64,000 nucleotides of DNA, from positions 2,356,001 to 2,420,000 of the forward strand of contig JBNRSN020000094.1 of the NCBI GenBank assembly GCA_051313645.2. Direction: 5' to 3'. Below are positions 49,255 to 62,837 of this stretch, in pieces (the stretch's first letter is position 1; each line of letters opens with the position of its first letter). Made by a program: the position numbers and the translations under genes. The notes beneath the pieces are model-generated. The model had not been told where the DNA came from. It saw only the letters and a list, made by a program, of their open reading frames with translations, and ran no database searches. Origin of the DNA: Centroscyllium fabricii (Eukaryota).

Positions 49255-49336
49255 GGTAGCGTGGCCGAGCGGTCTGAGGCGCTGGATTAAGGCTCCAGTC
49301 TCTTCGGGGGCGTGGGTTCGAATCCCACCGCTGCCA
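49255..49336 (+). tRNA. trnal-aag: tRNA-Leu(AAG), D-loop A>G variant
   Basis: GGTCTGAGGCG. Confidence 0.9.
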
Positions 49337-50232
49337 CGTATTATTGCGGCATTCATACATTTCATTTCGCCGTTTCACCAACAGCAGTAAACCACCGTGC
49401 TGGCAGTTTTGCTCAGTATTTTATCACTTCTTCACCATTTCCTTCAGTTGTTATTGACAGGCAGATAGGATTTGCAGAATTTCCTCTGCTTCGGGTAATT
49501 GGCATGAACCCAGCACCGAGGACGACAAACACCGCCACCCAAGCAACTCAATTCACACCGTTCACTCACTCGTCTCCACACTGGCTGCGTCTCAAGTCAG
49601 ATATGTTGACATTTTTGGTTGTTGCATTTTTTGCAATCTAGCGACCAGGCTCGAACCTTTGCACAAGACGGAACACCGTTACACAACAGGAAGATGCTTA
49701 CACAACAGTGAACAACTTTACATGGCAGGGAACATCTTTAAACAGCGGGGAATCCCTTTACACCGCCGAAAGCACCAAGGTGCAAGTCTCTGTCTTGCTC
49801 TCAGTCTCCATTGCCCTGTTTGCCTTTCTCTCTCTCTCGCTCTCTGTTTCTCTCGCAGTCTCCTTCTTTCCCGCAGTCTCTCCCTCGTGTTATTCGGGCT
49901 TAGTGTGTGTGTCTCTCTCTGTCTGGTTTCCTCAGTGTCTTTCTCTGTTCCTCCCGTGTTGTGTCCTGCAATACGCTTGCTGTTTTTCGGTGTCTCATCA
50001 TTGTGTGTCTCTCCCATGGTGTGTTAGGTGTAATACTGAGTGTCTTTGTGACATTGTGCAGCCATGTGAGCCTGCCAAGCCGGCTGATGTGGTGTCCGGG
50101 TCTCGGGGCTGTTTGAAGGTCGTGCTGTTGCTTTCAACACAGCCTGGATGCTGACAATTGTCTCGCTGGCACCCAGCACTGTGACGCATCGCAAGCTAAA
50201 CAGCAGCCGGGATGTGTTGGCAATCGACAGAC

Positions 50233-50304
50233 AGCAGAGTGGCGCAGCGGAAGCGTGCTGAGCCCATAACCCAGAGGTCGATGGATCGAAACCATCCTCT
50301 GCTA
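50233..50304 (+). tRNA. trnam-cau: tRNA-iMet(CAT), G30A variant
   Basis: CTGAGCCCATAACCCAG. Confidence 0.9.
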
Positions 50305-50933
50305 TTTGCATTCTTATTTCCAGCAAAGCTAAAAAAAACAGCTGTTGCTGCCCACAATCACATCGCGCTTCATTTTGTCACTCTGGACACATTACTGACA
50401 CCAACTTCCTGGTTGAAATACACAACAGGGCAAATGATGAATTTTGCCCTGTCCCTGGGACTAGGGACAGGGCCACTTGCAAGGCTTGGAATCTAAGCAG
50501 AGCCAGGCCTGGTTAGTACTTGGAGGGGTGACCACCAGGCAATACTAGGTGCTGAAGGTCACGAAAGGAGGGGCGGTTGGCTGAAGATTGTCGGAATGAT
50601 GGAAAGATGGAATAGCGGCGTGCACAGATGCAGCGGCTTTGCTGGACTCTTGGGAGCTTGCAACATCACATTTCGTTGTTCATGTACTTGTACATTGTAT
50701 AATGACAATAAAGTTGAATTATTATTATTATTATTATGGGTTGTTCCAACACACGTCTATTTATTAGTGTTGCCCTGTGAACACGTCGCTTCATCTGATC
50801 CAGTGGGTTGCATCAGAAGCGAGTTTGCCCTCCCTCCCCACCCCCCGAATTATAAGTACCTTGCAAAAGACAGAGCAAGCCACATTTACATCAGCAGCTA
50901 GCAATTAAAGAACGGAAGATAGGGCCATCATGT

Positions 50934-51015
50934 GGTAGCGTGGCCGAGCGGTCTAAGGCGCTGGATTAAGGCTCCAGTCTCTTCGGGGGCGTGGGTTCGA
51001 ATTCCACCGCTGCCA
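50934..51015 (+). tRNA. trnal-aag: tRNA-Leu(AAG), C61T (B box) variant
   Basis: GGTTCGAATTCCAC. Confidence 0.82.
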
Positions 51016-51911
51016 CGTATTATTGCGGCATTCATACATTTCATTTCGCCGTTTCACCAACAGCAGTAAACCACCGTGCAGGCAGTTTTGCTCAGTATTT
51101 TATCACTTCTTCACCATTTCCTTCAGTTGTTATTGACAGGCAGATAGGATTTGCAGAATTTCCTCTGCTTCGGGTAATTGGCATGAACCCAGCACCGAGG
51201 ACGACAAACACCGCCACCCAAGCAACTCAATTCACACCGTTCACTCACTCGTCTCCACACTGGCTGCGTCTCAAGTCAGATATGTTGACATTTTTGGTTG
51301 TTGCATTTTTTGCAATCTAGCGACCAGGCTCGAACCTTTGCACAAGACGGAACACCGTTACACAACAGGAAGATGCTTACACAACAGTGAACAACTTTAC
51401 ATGGCAGGGAACATCTTTAAACAGCGGGGAATCCCTTTACACCGCCGAAAGCACCAAGGTGCAAGTCTCTGTCTTGCTCTCAGTCTCCATTGCCCTGTTT
51501 GCCTTTCTCTCTCTCTCGCTCTCTGTTTCTCTCGCAGTCTCCTTCTTTCCCGCAGTCTCTCCCTCGTGTTATTCGGGCTTAGTGTGTGTGTCTCTCTCTG
51601 TCTGGTTTCCTCAGTGTCTTTCTCTGTTCCTCCCGTGTTGTGTCCTGCAATACGCTTGCTGTTTTTCGGTGTCTCATCATTGTGTGTCTCTCCCATGGTG
51701 TGTTAGGTGTAATACTGAGTGTCTTTGTGACATTGTGCAGCCATGTGAGCCTGCCAAGCCGGCTGATGTGGTGTCCGGGTCTCGGGGCTGTTTGAAGGTC
51801 GTGCTGTTGCTTTCAACACAGCCTGGATGCTGACAATTGTCTCGCTGACACCCAGCACTGTGACGCATCGCAAGCTAAACAGCAGCCGGGATGTGTTGGC
51901 AATCGACAGAC

Positions 51912-51983
51912 AGCAGAGTGGCGCAGCGGAAGCGTGCTGAGCCCATAACCCAGAGGTCGATGGATCGAAACCATCCTCTGCTA
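51912..51983 (+). tRNA. trnam-cau: tRNA-iMet(CAT), G30A variant
   Basis: CTGAGCCCATAACCCAG. Confidence 0.9.
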
Positions 51984-52613
51984 TTTGCATTCTTATTTCC
52001 AGCAAAGCTAAAAAAAACAGCTGTTGCTGCCCACAATCACATCGCGCTTCATTTTGTCACTCTGGACACATTACTGACACCAACTTCCTGGTTGAAATAC
52101 ACAACAGGGCAAATGATGAATTTTGCCCTGTCCCTGGGACTAGGGACAGGGCCACTTGCAAGGCTTGGAATCTAAGCAGAGCCAGGCCTGGTTAGTACTT
52201 GGAGGGGTGACCACCAGGCAATACTAGGTGCAGAAGGTCACGAAAGGAGGGGCGGTTGGCTGAAGATTGTCGGAATGATGGAAAGATGGAATAGCGGCGT
52301 GCACAGATGCAGCGGCTTTGCTGGACTCTTGGGAGCTTGCAAGATCACATTTCGTTGTTCATGTACTTGTACATTGTATAATGACAATAAAGTTGAATTA
52401 TTATTATTATTATTATGGGTTGTTCCAACACACGTCTATTTATTAGTGTTGCCCTGTGAACACGTCGCTTCATCTGATCCAGTGGGTTGCATCAGAAGCG
52501 AGTTTGCCCTCCCTCCCCACCCCCCCGAATTATAAGTACCTTGCAAAAGACAGAGCAAGCCACATTTACATCAGCAGCTAGCAATTAAAGAACGGAAGAT
52601 AGGGTCATCATGT

Positions 52614-52695
52614 GGTAGCGTGGCCGAGCGGTCTAAGGCGCTGGATTAAGGCTCCATTCTCTTCGGGGGCGTGGGATCGAATCCCACCGCTGCCA
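52614..52695 (+). tRNA. trnal-aag: tRNA-Leu(AAG), G43T and T54A variant
   Basis: CTCCATTCTC; GTGGGATCGAATCC. Confidence 0.8.
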
Positions 52696-53591
52696 CGTAT
52701 TACTGCGGCATTCATACATTTCATTTCGCCGTTTCACCAACAGCAGTAAACCACCGTGCAGGCAGTTTTGCTCAGTATTTTATCACTTCTTCACCATTTC
52801 CTTCAGTTGTTATTGACAGGCAGATAGGATTTGCAGAATTTCCTCTGCTTCGGGTAATTGGCATGAACCCAGCACCGAGGACGACAAACACCGCCACCCA
52901 AGCAACTCAATTCACACCGTTCACTCACTCGTCTCCACACTGGCTGCGTCTCAAGTCAGATATGTTGACATTTTTGGTTGTTGCATTTTTTGCAATCTAG
53001 CGACCAGGCTCGAACCTTTGCACAAGACGGAACACCGTTACACAACAGGAAGATGCTTACACAACAGTGAACAACTTTACATGGCAGGGAACATCGTTAA
53101 ACAGCGGGGAATCCCTTTACACCGCCGAAAGCACCAAGGTGCAAGTCTCTGTCTTGCTCTCAGTCTCCATTGCCCTGTTTGCCTTTCTCTCTCTCTCGCT
53201 CTCTGTTTCTCTCGCAGTCTCCTTCTTTCCCGCAGTCTCTCCCTCGTGTTATTCGGGCTTAGTGTGTGTGTCTCTCTCTGTCTGGTTTCCTCAGTGTCTT
53301 TCTCTGTTCCTCCCGTGTTGTGTCCTGCAATACGCTTGCTGTTTTTCGGTGTCTCATCATTGTGTGTCTCTCCCATGGTGTGTTAGGTGTAATACTGAGT
53401 GTCTTTGTGACATTGTGCAGCCATGTGAGCCTGCCAAGCCGGCTGATGTGGTGTCCGGGTCTCGGGGCTGTTTGAAGGTCGTGCTGTTGCTTTCAACACA
53501 GCCTGGATGCTGACAATTGTCTCGCTGACACCCAGCACTGTGACGCATCGCAAGCTAAACAGCAGCCGGGATGTGTTGGCAATCGACAGAC

Positions 53592-53663
53592 AGCAGAGTG
53601 GCGCAGCGGAAGCGTGCTGGGCCCATAACCCAGAGGTCGATGGATCGAAACCATCCTCTGCTA
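53592..53663 (+). tRNA. trnam-cau: tRNA-iMet(CAT)
   Basis: Consensus initiator tRNA sequence. Confidence 0.97.
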
Positions 53664-54304
53664 TTTGCATTCTTATTTCCAGCAAAGCTAAAAAAAACAG
53701 CTGTTGCTGCCCACAATCACATCGCGCTTCATTTTGTCACTCTGGACACATTACTGACACCAACTTCCTGGTTGAAATACACAACAGGGCAAATGATGAA
53801 TTTTGCCCTGTCCCTGGGACTAGGGACAGGGCCACTTGCAAGGCTTGGAATCTAAGCAGAGCCAGGCCTGGTTAGTACTTGGAGGGGTGACCACCAGGCA
53901 ATACTAGGTGCAGAAGGTCACGAAAGGAGCCCCGGGGAGGGGCGGTTGGCTGAAGATTGTCGGAATGATGGAAAGATGGAATAGCGGCGTGCACAGATGC
54001 AGCGGCTTTGCTGGACTCTTGGGAGCTTGCAAGATCACATTTCGTTGTTCATGTACTTGTACATTGTATAATGACAATAAAGTTGAATTATTATTATTAT
54101 TATTATGGGTTGTTCCAACACACGTCTATTTATTAGTGTTGCCCTGTGAACACGTCGCTTCATCTGATCCAGTGGGTTGCATCAGAAGCGAGTTTGCCCT
54201 CCCTCCCCACCCCCCCCGAATTATAAGTACCTTGCAAAAGACAGAGCAAGCCACATTTACATCAGCAGCTAGCAATTAAAGAACGGAAGATAGGGCCATC
54301 ATGT

Positions 54305-54386
54305 GGTAGCGTGGCCGAGCGGTCTAAGGCGCTGGATTAAGGCTCCAGTCTCTTCGGGGGCGTGGGTTAGAATCCCACCGCTGCCA
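54305..54386 (+). tRNA. trnal-aag: tRNA-Leu(AAG), C56A (invariant B-box base); likely inactive
   Basis: GGGTTAGAATCC. Confidence 0.75.
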
Positions 54387-55282
54387 CGTATTATTGCGGC
54401 ATTCATACATTTCATTTCGCCGTTTCACCAACAGCAGTAAACCACCGTGCAGGCAGTTTTGCTCAGTATTTTATCACTTCTTCACCATTTCCTTCAGTTG
54501 TTATTGACAGGCAGATAGGATTTGCAGAATTTCCTCTGCTTCGGGTAATTGGCATGAACCCAGCACCGAGGACGACAAACACCGCCACCCAAGCAACTCA
54601 ATTCACACCGTTCACTCACTCGTCTCCACACTGGCTGCGTCTCAAGTCAGATATGTTGACATTTTTGGTTGTTGCATTTTTTGCAATCTAGCGACCAGGC
54701 TCGAACCTTTGCACAAGACGGAACACCGTTACACAACAGGAAGATGCTTACACAACAGTGAACAACTTTACATGGCAGGGAACATCTTTAAACAGCGGGG
54801 AATCCCTTTACACCGCCGAAAGCACCAAGGTGCAAGTCTCTGTCTTGCTCTCAGTCTCCATTGCCCTGTTTGCCTTTCTCTCTCTCTCGCTCTCTGTTTC
54901 TCTCGCAGTCTCCTTCTTTCCCGCAGTCTCTCCCTCGTGTTATTCGGGCTTAGTGTGTGTGTCTCTCTCTGTCTGGTTTCCTCAGTGTCTTTCTCTGTTC
55001 CTCCCGTGTTGTGTCCTGCAATACGCTTGCTGTTTTTCGGTGTCTCATCATTGTGTGTCTCTCCCATGGTGTGTTAGGTGTAATACTGAGTGTCTTTGTG
55101 ACATTGTGCAGCCATGTGAGCCTGCCAAGCCGGCTGATGTGGTGTCCGGGTCTCGGGGCTGTTTGAAGGTCGTGCTGTTGCTTTCAACACAGCCTGGATG
55201 CTGACAATTGTCTCGCTGACACCCAGCACTGTGACGCATCGCAAGCTAAACAGCAGCCGGGATGTGTTGGCAATCGACAGAC

Positions 55283-55354
55283 AGCAGAGTGGCGCAGCGG
55301 AAGCGTGCTGGGCCCATAACCCAGAGGTCGATGGATCGAAACCATCCTCTGCTA
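55283..55354 (+). tRNA. trnam-cau: tRNA-iMet(CAT)
   Basis: Consensus initiator tRNA sequence. Confidence 0.97.
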
Positions 55355-55994
55355 TTTGCATTCTTATTTCCAGCAAAGCTAAAAAAAACAGCTGTTGCTG
55401 CCCACAATCACATCGCGCTTCATTTTGTCACTCTGGACACATTACTGACACCAACTTCCTGGTTGAAATACACAACAGGGCAAATGATGAATTTTGCCCT
55501 GTCCCTGGGACTAGGGACAGGGCCACTTGCAAGGCTTGGAATCTAAGCAGAGCCAGGCCTGGTTAGTACTTGGAGGGGTGACCACCAGGCAATACTAGGT
55601 GCAGAAGGTCACGAAAGGAGCCCCGGGGAGGGGCGGTTGGCTGAAGATTGTCGGAATGATGGAAAGATGGAATAGCGGCGTGCACAGATGCAGCGGCTTT
55701 GCTGGACTCTTGGGAGCTTGCAAGATCACATTTCGTTGTTCATGTACTTGTACATTGTATAATGACAATAAAGTTGAATTATTATTATTATTATTATGGG
55801 TTGTTCCAACACACGTCTATTTATTAGTGTTGCCCTGTGAACACGTCGCTTCATCTGATCCAGTGGGTTGCATCAGAAGCGAGTTTGCCCTCCCTCCCCA
55901 CCCCCCCGAATTATAAGTACCTTGCAAAAGACAGAGCAAGCCACATTTACATCAGCAGCTAGCAATTAAAGAACGGAAGACAGGGCCATCATGT

Positions 55995-56076
55995 GGTAGC
56001 GTGGCCGAGCGGTCTAAGGCGCTGGATTAAGGCTCCAGTCTCTTCGGGGGCGTGGGTTCGAATCCCACCGCTGCCA
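55995..56076 (+). tRNA. trnal-aag: tRNA-Leu(AAG)
   Basis: Consensus Leu-AAG sequence. Confidence 0.97.
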
Positions 56077-56972
56077 CGTATTATTGCGGCATTCATACAT
56101 TTCATTTCGCCGTTTCACCAACAGCAGTAAACCACCGTGCAGGCAGTTTTGCTCAGTATTTTATCACTTCTTCACCATTTCCTTCAGTTGTTATTGACAG
56201 GCAGATAGGATTTGCAGAATTTCCTCTGCTTCGGGTAATTGGCATGAACCCAGCACCGAGGACGACAAACACCGCCACCCAAGCAACTCAATTCACACCG
56301 TTCACTCACTCGTCTCCACACTGGCTGCGTCTCAAGTCAGATATGTTGACATTTTTGGTTGTTGCATTTTTTGCAATCTAGCGACCAGGCTCGAACCTTT
56401 GCACAAGACGGAACACCGTTACACAACAGGAAGATGCTTACACAACAGTGAACAACTTTACATGGCAGGGAACATCGTTAAACAGCGGGGAATCCCTTTA
56501 CACCGCCGAAAGCACCAAGGTGCAAGTCTCTGTCTTGCTCTCAGTCTCCATTGCCCTGTTTGCCTTTCTCTCTCTCTCGCTCTCTGTTTCTCTCGCAGTC
56601 TCCTTCTTTCCCGCAGTCTCTCCCTCGTGTTATTCGGGCTTAGTGTGTGTGTCTCTCTCTGTCTGGTTTCCTCAGTGTCTTTCTCTGTTCCTCCCGTGTT
56701 GTGTCCTGCAATACGCTTGCTGTTTTTCGGTGTCTCATCATTGTGTGTCTCTCCCATGGTGTGTTAGGTGTAATACTGAGTGTCTTTGTGACATTGTGCA
56801 GCCATGTGAGCCTGCCAAGCCGGCTGATGTGGTGTCCGGGTCTCGGGGCTGTTTGAAGGTCGTGCTGTTGCTTTCAACACAGCCTGGATGCTGACAATTG
56901 TCTCGCTGACACCCAGCACTGTGACGCATCGCAAGCTAAACAGCAGCCGGGATGTGTTGGCAATCGACAGAC

Positions 56973-57044
56973 AGCAGAGTGGCGCAGCGGAAGCGTGCTG
57001 GGCCCATAACCCAGAGGTCGATGGATCGAAACCATCCTCTGCTA
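56973..57044 (+). tRNA. trnam-cau: tRNA-iMet(CAT)
   Basis: Consensus initiator tRNA sequence. Confidence 0.97.
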
Positions 57045-57684
57045 TTTGCATTCTTATTTCCAGCAAAGCTAAAAAAAACAGCTGTTGCTGCCCACAATCA
57101 CATCGCGCTTCATTTTGTCACTCTGGACACATTACTGACACCAACTTCCTGGTTGAAATACACAACAGGGCAAATGATGAATTTTGCCCTGTCCCTGGGA
57201 CTAGGGACAGGGCCACTTGCAAGGCTTGGAATCTAAGCAGAGCCAGGCCTGGTTAGTACTTGGAGGGGTGACCACCAGGCAATACTAGGTGCAGAAGGTC
57301 ACGAAAGGAGCCCCGGGGAGGGGCGGTTGGCTGAAGATTGTCGGAATGATGGAAAGATGGAATAGCGGCGTGCACAGATGCAGCGGCTTTGCTGGACTCT
57401 TGGGAGCTTGCAAGATCACATTTCGTTGTTCATGTCCTTGTACATTGTATAATGACAATAAAGTTGAATTATTATTATTATTATTATGGGTTGTTCCAAC
57501 ACACGTCTATTTATTAGTGTTGCCCTGTGAACACGTCGCTTCATCTGATCCAGTGGGTTGCATCAGAAGCGAGTTTGCCCTCCCTCCCCACCCCCCCGAA
57601 TTATAAGTACCTTGCAAAAGACAGAGCAAGCCACATTTACATCAGCAGCTAGCAATTAAAGAACGGAAGACAGGGCCATCATGT

Positions 57685-57766
57685 GGTAGCGTGGCCGAGC
57701 GGTCTAAGGCGCTGGATTAAGGCTCCAGTCTCTTCGGGGGCGTGGGTTCGAATCCCACCGCTGCCA
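57685..57766 (+). tRNA. trnal-aag: tRNA-Leu(AAG)
   Basis: Consensus Leu-AAG sequence. Confidence 0.97.
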
Positions 57767-58662
57767 CGTATTATTGCGGCATTCATACATTTCATTTCGC
57801 CGTTTCACCAACAGCAGTAAACCACCGTGCAGGCAGTTTTGCTCAGTATTTTATCACTTCTTCACCATTTCCTTCAGTTGTTATTGACAGGCAGATAGGA
57901 TTTGCAGAATTTCCTCTGCTTCGGGTAATTGGCATGAACCCAGCACCGAGGACGACAAACACCGCCACCCAAGCAACTCAATTCACACCGTTCACTCACT
58001 CGTCTCCACACTGGCTGCGTCTCAAGTCAGATATGTTGACATTTTTGGTTGTTGCATTTTTTGCAATCTAGCGACCAGGCTCGAACCTTTGCACAAGACG
58101 GAACACCGTTACACAACAGGAAGATGCTTACACAACAGTGAACAACTTTACATGGCAGGGAACATCGTTAAACAGCGGGGAATCCCTTTACACCGCCGAA
58201 AGCACCAAGGTGCAAGTCTCTGTCTTGCTCTCAGTCTCCATTGCCCTGTTTGCCTTTCTCTCTCTCTCGCTCTCTGTTTCTCTCGCAGTCTCCTTCTTTC
58301 CCGCAGTCTCTCCCTCGTGTTATTCGGGCTTAGTGTGTGTGTCTCTCTCTGTCTGGTTTCCTCAGTGTCTTTCTCTGTTCCTCCCGTGTTGTGTCCTGCA
58401 ATACGCTTGCTGTTTTTCGGTGTCTCATCATTGTGTGTCTCTCCCATGGTGTGTTAGGTGTAATACTGAGTGTCTTTGTGACATTGTGCAGCCATGTGAG
58501 CCTGCCAAGCCGGCTGATGTGGTGTCCGGGTCTCGGGGCTGTTTGAAGGTCGTGCTGTTGCTTTCAACACAGCCTGGATGCTGACAATTGTCTCGCTGAC
58601 ACCCAGCACTGTGACGCATCGCAAGCTAAACAGCAGCCGGGATGTGTTGGCAATCGACAGAC

Positions 58663-58734
58663 AGCAGAGTGGCGCAGCGGAAGCGTGCTGGGCCCATAAC
58701 CCAGAGGTCGATGGATCGAAACCATCCTCTGCTA
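58663..58734 (+). tRNA. trnam-cau: tRNA-iMet(CAT)
   Basis: Consensus initiator tRNA sequence. Confidence 0.97.
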
Positions 58735-59375
58735 TTTGCATTCTTATTTCCAGCAAAGCTAAAAAAAACAGCTGTTGCTGCCCACAATCACATCGCGCTT
58801 CATTTTGTCACTCTGGACACATTACTGACACCAACTTCCTGGTTGAAATACACAACAGGGCAAATGATGAATTTTGCCCTGTCCCTGGGACTAGGGACAG
58901 GGCCACTTGCAAGGCTTGGAATCTAAGCAGAGCCAGGCCTGGTTAGTACTTGGAGGGGTGACCACCAGGCAATACTAGGTGCAGAAGGTCACGAAAGGAG
59001 CCCCGGGGAGGGGCGGTTGGCTGAAGATTGTCGGAATGATGGAAAGATGGAATAGCGGCGTGCACAGATGCAGCGGCTTTGCTGGACTCTTGGGAGCTTG
59101 CAAGATCACATTTCGTTGTTCATGTCCTTGTACATTGTATAATGACAATAAAGTTGAATTATTATTATTATTATTATGGGTTGTTCCAACACACGTCTAT
59201 TTATTAGTGTTGCCCTGTGAACACGTCGCTTCATCTGATCCAGTGGGTTGCATCAGAAGCGAGTTTGCCCTCCCTCCCCACCCCCCCCGAATTATAAGTA
59301 CCTTGCAAAAGACAGAGCAAGCCACATTTACATCAGCAGCTAGCAATTAAAGAACGGAAGAGAGGGCCATCATGT

Positions 59376-59457
59376 GGTAGCGTGGCCGAGCGGTCTAAGG
59401 CGCTGGATTAAGGCTCCAGTCTCTTCGGGGGCGTGGGTTCGAATCCCACCGCTGCCA
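59376..59457 (+). tRNA. trnal-aag: tRNA-Leu(AAG)
   Basis: Consensus Leu-AAG sequence. Confidence 0.97.
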
Positions 59458-60353
59458 CGTATTATTGCGGCATTCATACATTTCATTTCGCCGTTTCACC
59501 AACAGCAGTAAACCACCGTGCAGGCAGTTTTGCTCAGTATTTTATCACTTCTTCACCATTTCCTTCAGTTGTTATTGACAGGCAGATAGGATTTGCAGAA
59601 TTTCCTCTGCTTCGGGTAATTGGCATGAACCCAGCACCGAGGACGACAAACACCGCCACCCAAGCAACTCAATTCACACCGTTCACTCACTCGTCTCCAC
59701 ACTGGCTGCGTCTCAAGTCAGATATGTTGACATTTTTGGTTGTTGCATTTTTTGCAATCTAGCGACCAGGCTCGAACCTTTGCACAAGACGGAACACCGT
59801 TACACAACAGGAAGATGCTTACACAACAGTGAACAACTTTACATGGCAGGGAACATCGTTAAACAGCGGGGAATCCCTTTACACCGCCGAAAGCACCAAG
59901 GTGCAAGTCTCTGTCTTGCTCTCAGTCTCCATTGCCCTGTTTGCCTTTCTCTCTCTCTCGCTCTCTGTTTCTCTCGCAGTCTCCTTCTTTCCCGCAGTCT
60001 CTCCCTCGTGTTATTCGGGCTTAGTGTGTGTGTCTCTCTCTGTCTGGTTTCCTCAGTGTCTTTCTCTGTTCCTCCCGTGTTGTGTCCTGCAATACGCTTG
60101 CTGTTTTTCGGTGTCTCATCATTGTGTGTCTCTCCCATGGTGTGTTAGGTGTAATACTGAGTGTCTTTGTGACATTGTGCAGCCATGTGAGCCTGCCAAG
60201 CCGGCTGATGTGGTGTCCGGGTCTCGGGGCTGTTTGAAGGTCGTGCTGTTGCTTTCAACACAGCCTGGATGCTGACAATTGTCTCGCTGACACCCAGCAC
60301 TGTGACGCATCGCAAGCTAAACAGCAGCCGGGATGTGTTGGCAATCGACAGAC

Positions 60354-60425
60354 AGCAGAGTGGCGCAGCGGAAGCGTGCTGGGCCCATAACCCAGAGGTC
60401 GATGGATCGAAACCATCCTCTGCTA
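60354..60425 (+). tRNA. trnam-cau: tRNA-iMet(CAT)
   Basis: Consensus initiator tRNA sequence. Confidence 0.97.
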
Positions 60426-61065
60426 TTTGCATTCTTATTTCCAGCAAAGCTAAAAAAAACAGCTGTTGCTGCCCACAATCACATCGCGCTTCATTTTGTC
60501 ACTCTGGACACATTACTGACACCAACTTCCTGGTTGAAATACACAACAGGGCAAATGATGAATTTTGCCCTGTCCCTGGGACTAGGGACAGGGCCACTTG
60601 CAAGGCTTGGAATCTAAGCAGAGCCAGGCCTGGTTAGTACTTGGAGGGGTGACCACCAGGCAATACTAGGTGCAGAAGGTCAGGAAAGGAGCCCCGGGGA
60701 GGGGCGGTTGGCTGAAGATTGTCGGAATGATGGAAAGATGGAATAGCGGCGTGCACAGATGCAGCGGCTTTGCTGGACTCTTGGGAGCTTGCAAGATCAC
60801 ATTTCGTTGTTCATGTACTTGTACATTGTATAATGACAATAAAGTTGAATTATTATTATTATTATTATGGGTTGTTCCAACACACGTCTATTTATTAGTG
60901 TTGCCCTGTGAACACGTCGCTTCATCTGATCCAGTGGGTTGCATCAGAAGCGAGTTTGCCCTCCCTCCCCACCCCCCCGAATTATAAGTACCTTGCAAAA
61001 GACAGAGCAAGCCACATTTACATCAGCAGCTAGCAATTAAAGAACGGAAGATGGGGCCATCATGT

Positions 61066-61147
61066 GGTAGCGTGGCCGAGCGGTCTAAGGCGCTGGATTA
61101 AGGCTCCAGTCTCTTCGGGGGCGTGGGTTCGAATCCCACCGCTGCCA
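61066..61147 (+). tRNA. trnal-aag: tRNA-Leu(AAG)
   Basis: Consensus Leu-AAG sequence. Confidence 0.97.
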
Positions 61148-62043
61148 CGTATTATTGCGGCATTCATACATTTCATTTCGCCGTTTCACCAACAGCAGTA
61201 AACCACCGTGCAGGCAGTTTTGCTCAGTATTTTATCACTTCTTCACCATTTCCTTCAGTTGTTATTGACAGGCAGATAGGATTTGCAGAATTTCCTCTGC
61301 TTCGGGTAATTGGCATGAACCCAGCACCGAGGACGACAAACACCGCCACCCAAGCAACTCAATTCACACCGTTCACTCACTCGTCTCCACACTGGCTGCG
61401 TCTCAAGTCAGATATGTTGACATTTTTGGTTGTTGCATTTTTTGCAATCTAGCGACCAGGCTCGAACCTTTGCACAAGACGGAACACCGTTACACAACAG
61501 GAAGATGCTTACACAACAGTGAACAACTTTACATGGCAGGGAACATCTTTAAACAGCAGGGAATCCCTTTACACCGCCGAAAGCACCAAGGTGCAAGTCT
61601 CTGTCTTGCTCTCAGTCTCCATTGCCCTGTTTGCCTTTCTCTCTCTCTCGCTCTCTGTTTCTCTCGCAGTCTCCTTCTTTCCCGCAGTCTCTCCCTCGTG
61701 TTATTCGGGCTTAGTGTGTGTGTCTCTCTCTGTCTGGTTTCCTCAGTGTCTTTCTCTGTTCCTCCCGTGTTGGGTCCTGCAATACGCTTGCTGTTTTTCG
61801 GTGTCTCATCATTGTGTGTCTCTCCCATGGTGTGTTAGGTGTAATACTGAGTGTCTTTGTGACATTGTGCAGCCATGTGAGCCTGCCAAGCCGGCTGATG
61901 TGGTGTCCGGGTCTCGGGGCTGTTTGAAGGTCGTGCTGTTGCTTTCAACACAGCCTGGATGCTGACAATTGTCTCGCTGACACCCAGCACTGTGACGCAT
62001 CGCAAGCTAAACAGCAGCCGGGATGTGTCGGCAATCGACAGAC

Positions 62044-62115
62044 AGTAGAGTGGCGCAGCGGAAGCGTGCTGGGCCCATAACCCAGAGGTCGATGGATCGA
62101 AACCATCCTCTGCTA
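62044..62115 (+). tRNA. trnam-cau: tRNA-iMet(CAT), C3T variant
   Basis: AGTAGAGTGG; U3-G70 wobble. Confidence 0.92.
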
Positions 62116-62755
62116 TTTGCATTTTTATTTCCAGCAAAGCTAAAAAAAACAGCTGTTGCTGCCCACAATCACATCGCGCTTCATTTTGTCACTCTGGACA
62201 CATTACTGACACCAACTTCCTGGTTGAAATACACAACAGGGCAAATGATGAATTTTGCCCTGTCCCTGGGACTAGGGACAGGGCCACTTGCAAGGCTTGG
62301 AATCTAAGCAGAGCCAGGCCTGGTTAGTACTTGGAGGGGTGACCACCAGGCAATACTAGGTGCAGAAGGTCACGAAAGGAGCCCCGGGGAGGGGCGGTTG
62401 GCTGAAGATTGTCGGAATGATGGAAAGATGGAATAGCGGCGTGCACAGATGCAGCGGCTTTGCTGGACTCTTGGGAGCTTGCAAGATCACATTTCGTTGT
62501 TCATGTACTTGTACATTGTATAATGACAATAAAGTTGAATTATTATTATTATTATTATGGGTTGTTCCAACACACGTCTATTTATTAGTGTTGCCCTGTG
62601 AACACGTCGCTTCATCTGATCCAGTGGGTTGCATCAGAAGCGAGTTTGCCCTCCCTCCGCACCCCCCCGAATTATAAGTACCTTGCAAAAGACAGAGCAA
62701 GCCACATTTACATCAGCAGCTAGCAATTAAAGAACGGAAGATAGGGCCATCATGT

Positions 62756-62837
62756 GGTAGCGTGGCCGAGCGGTCTAAGGCGCTGGATTAAGGCTCCAGT
62801 CTCTTCAGGGGCGTGGGTTCGAATCCCACCGCTGCCA
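62756..62837 (+). tRNA. trnal-aag: tRNA-Leu(AAG), variable-arm G>A
   Basis: CTCTTCAGGGGC. Confidence 0.93.
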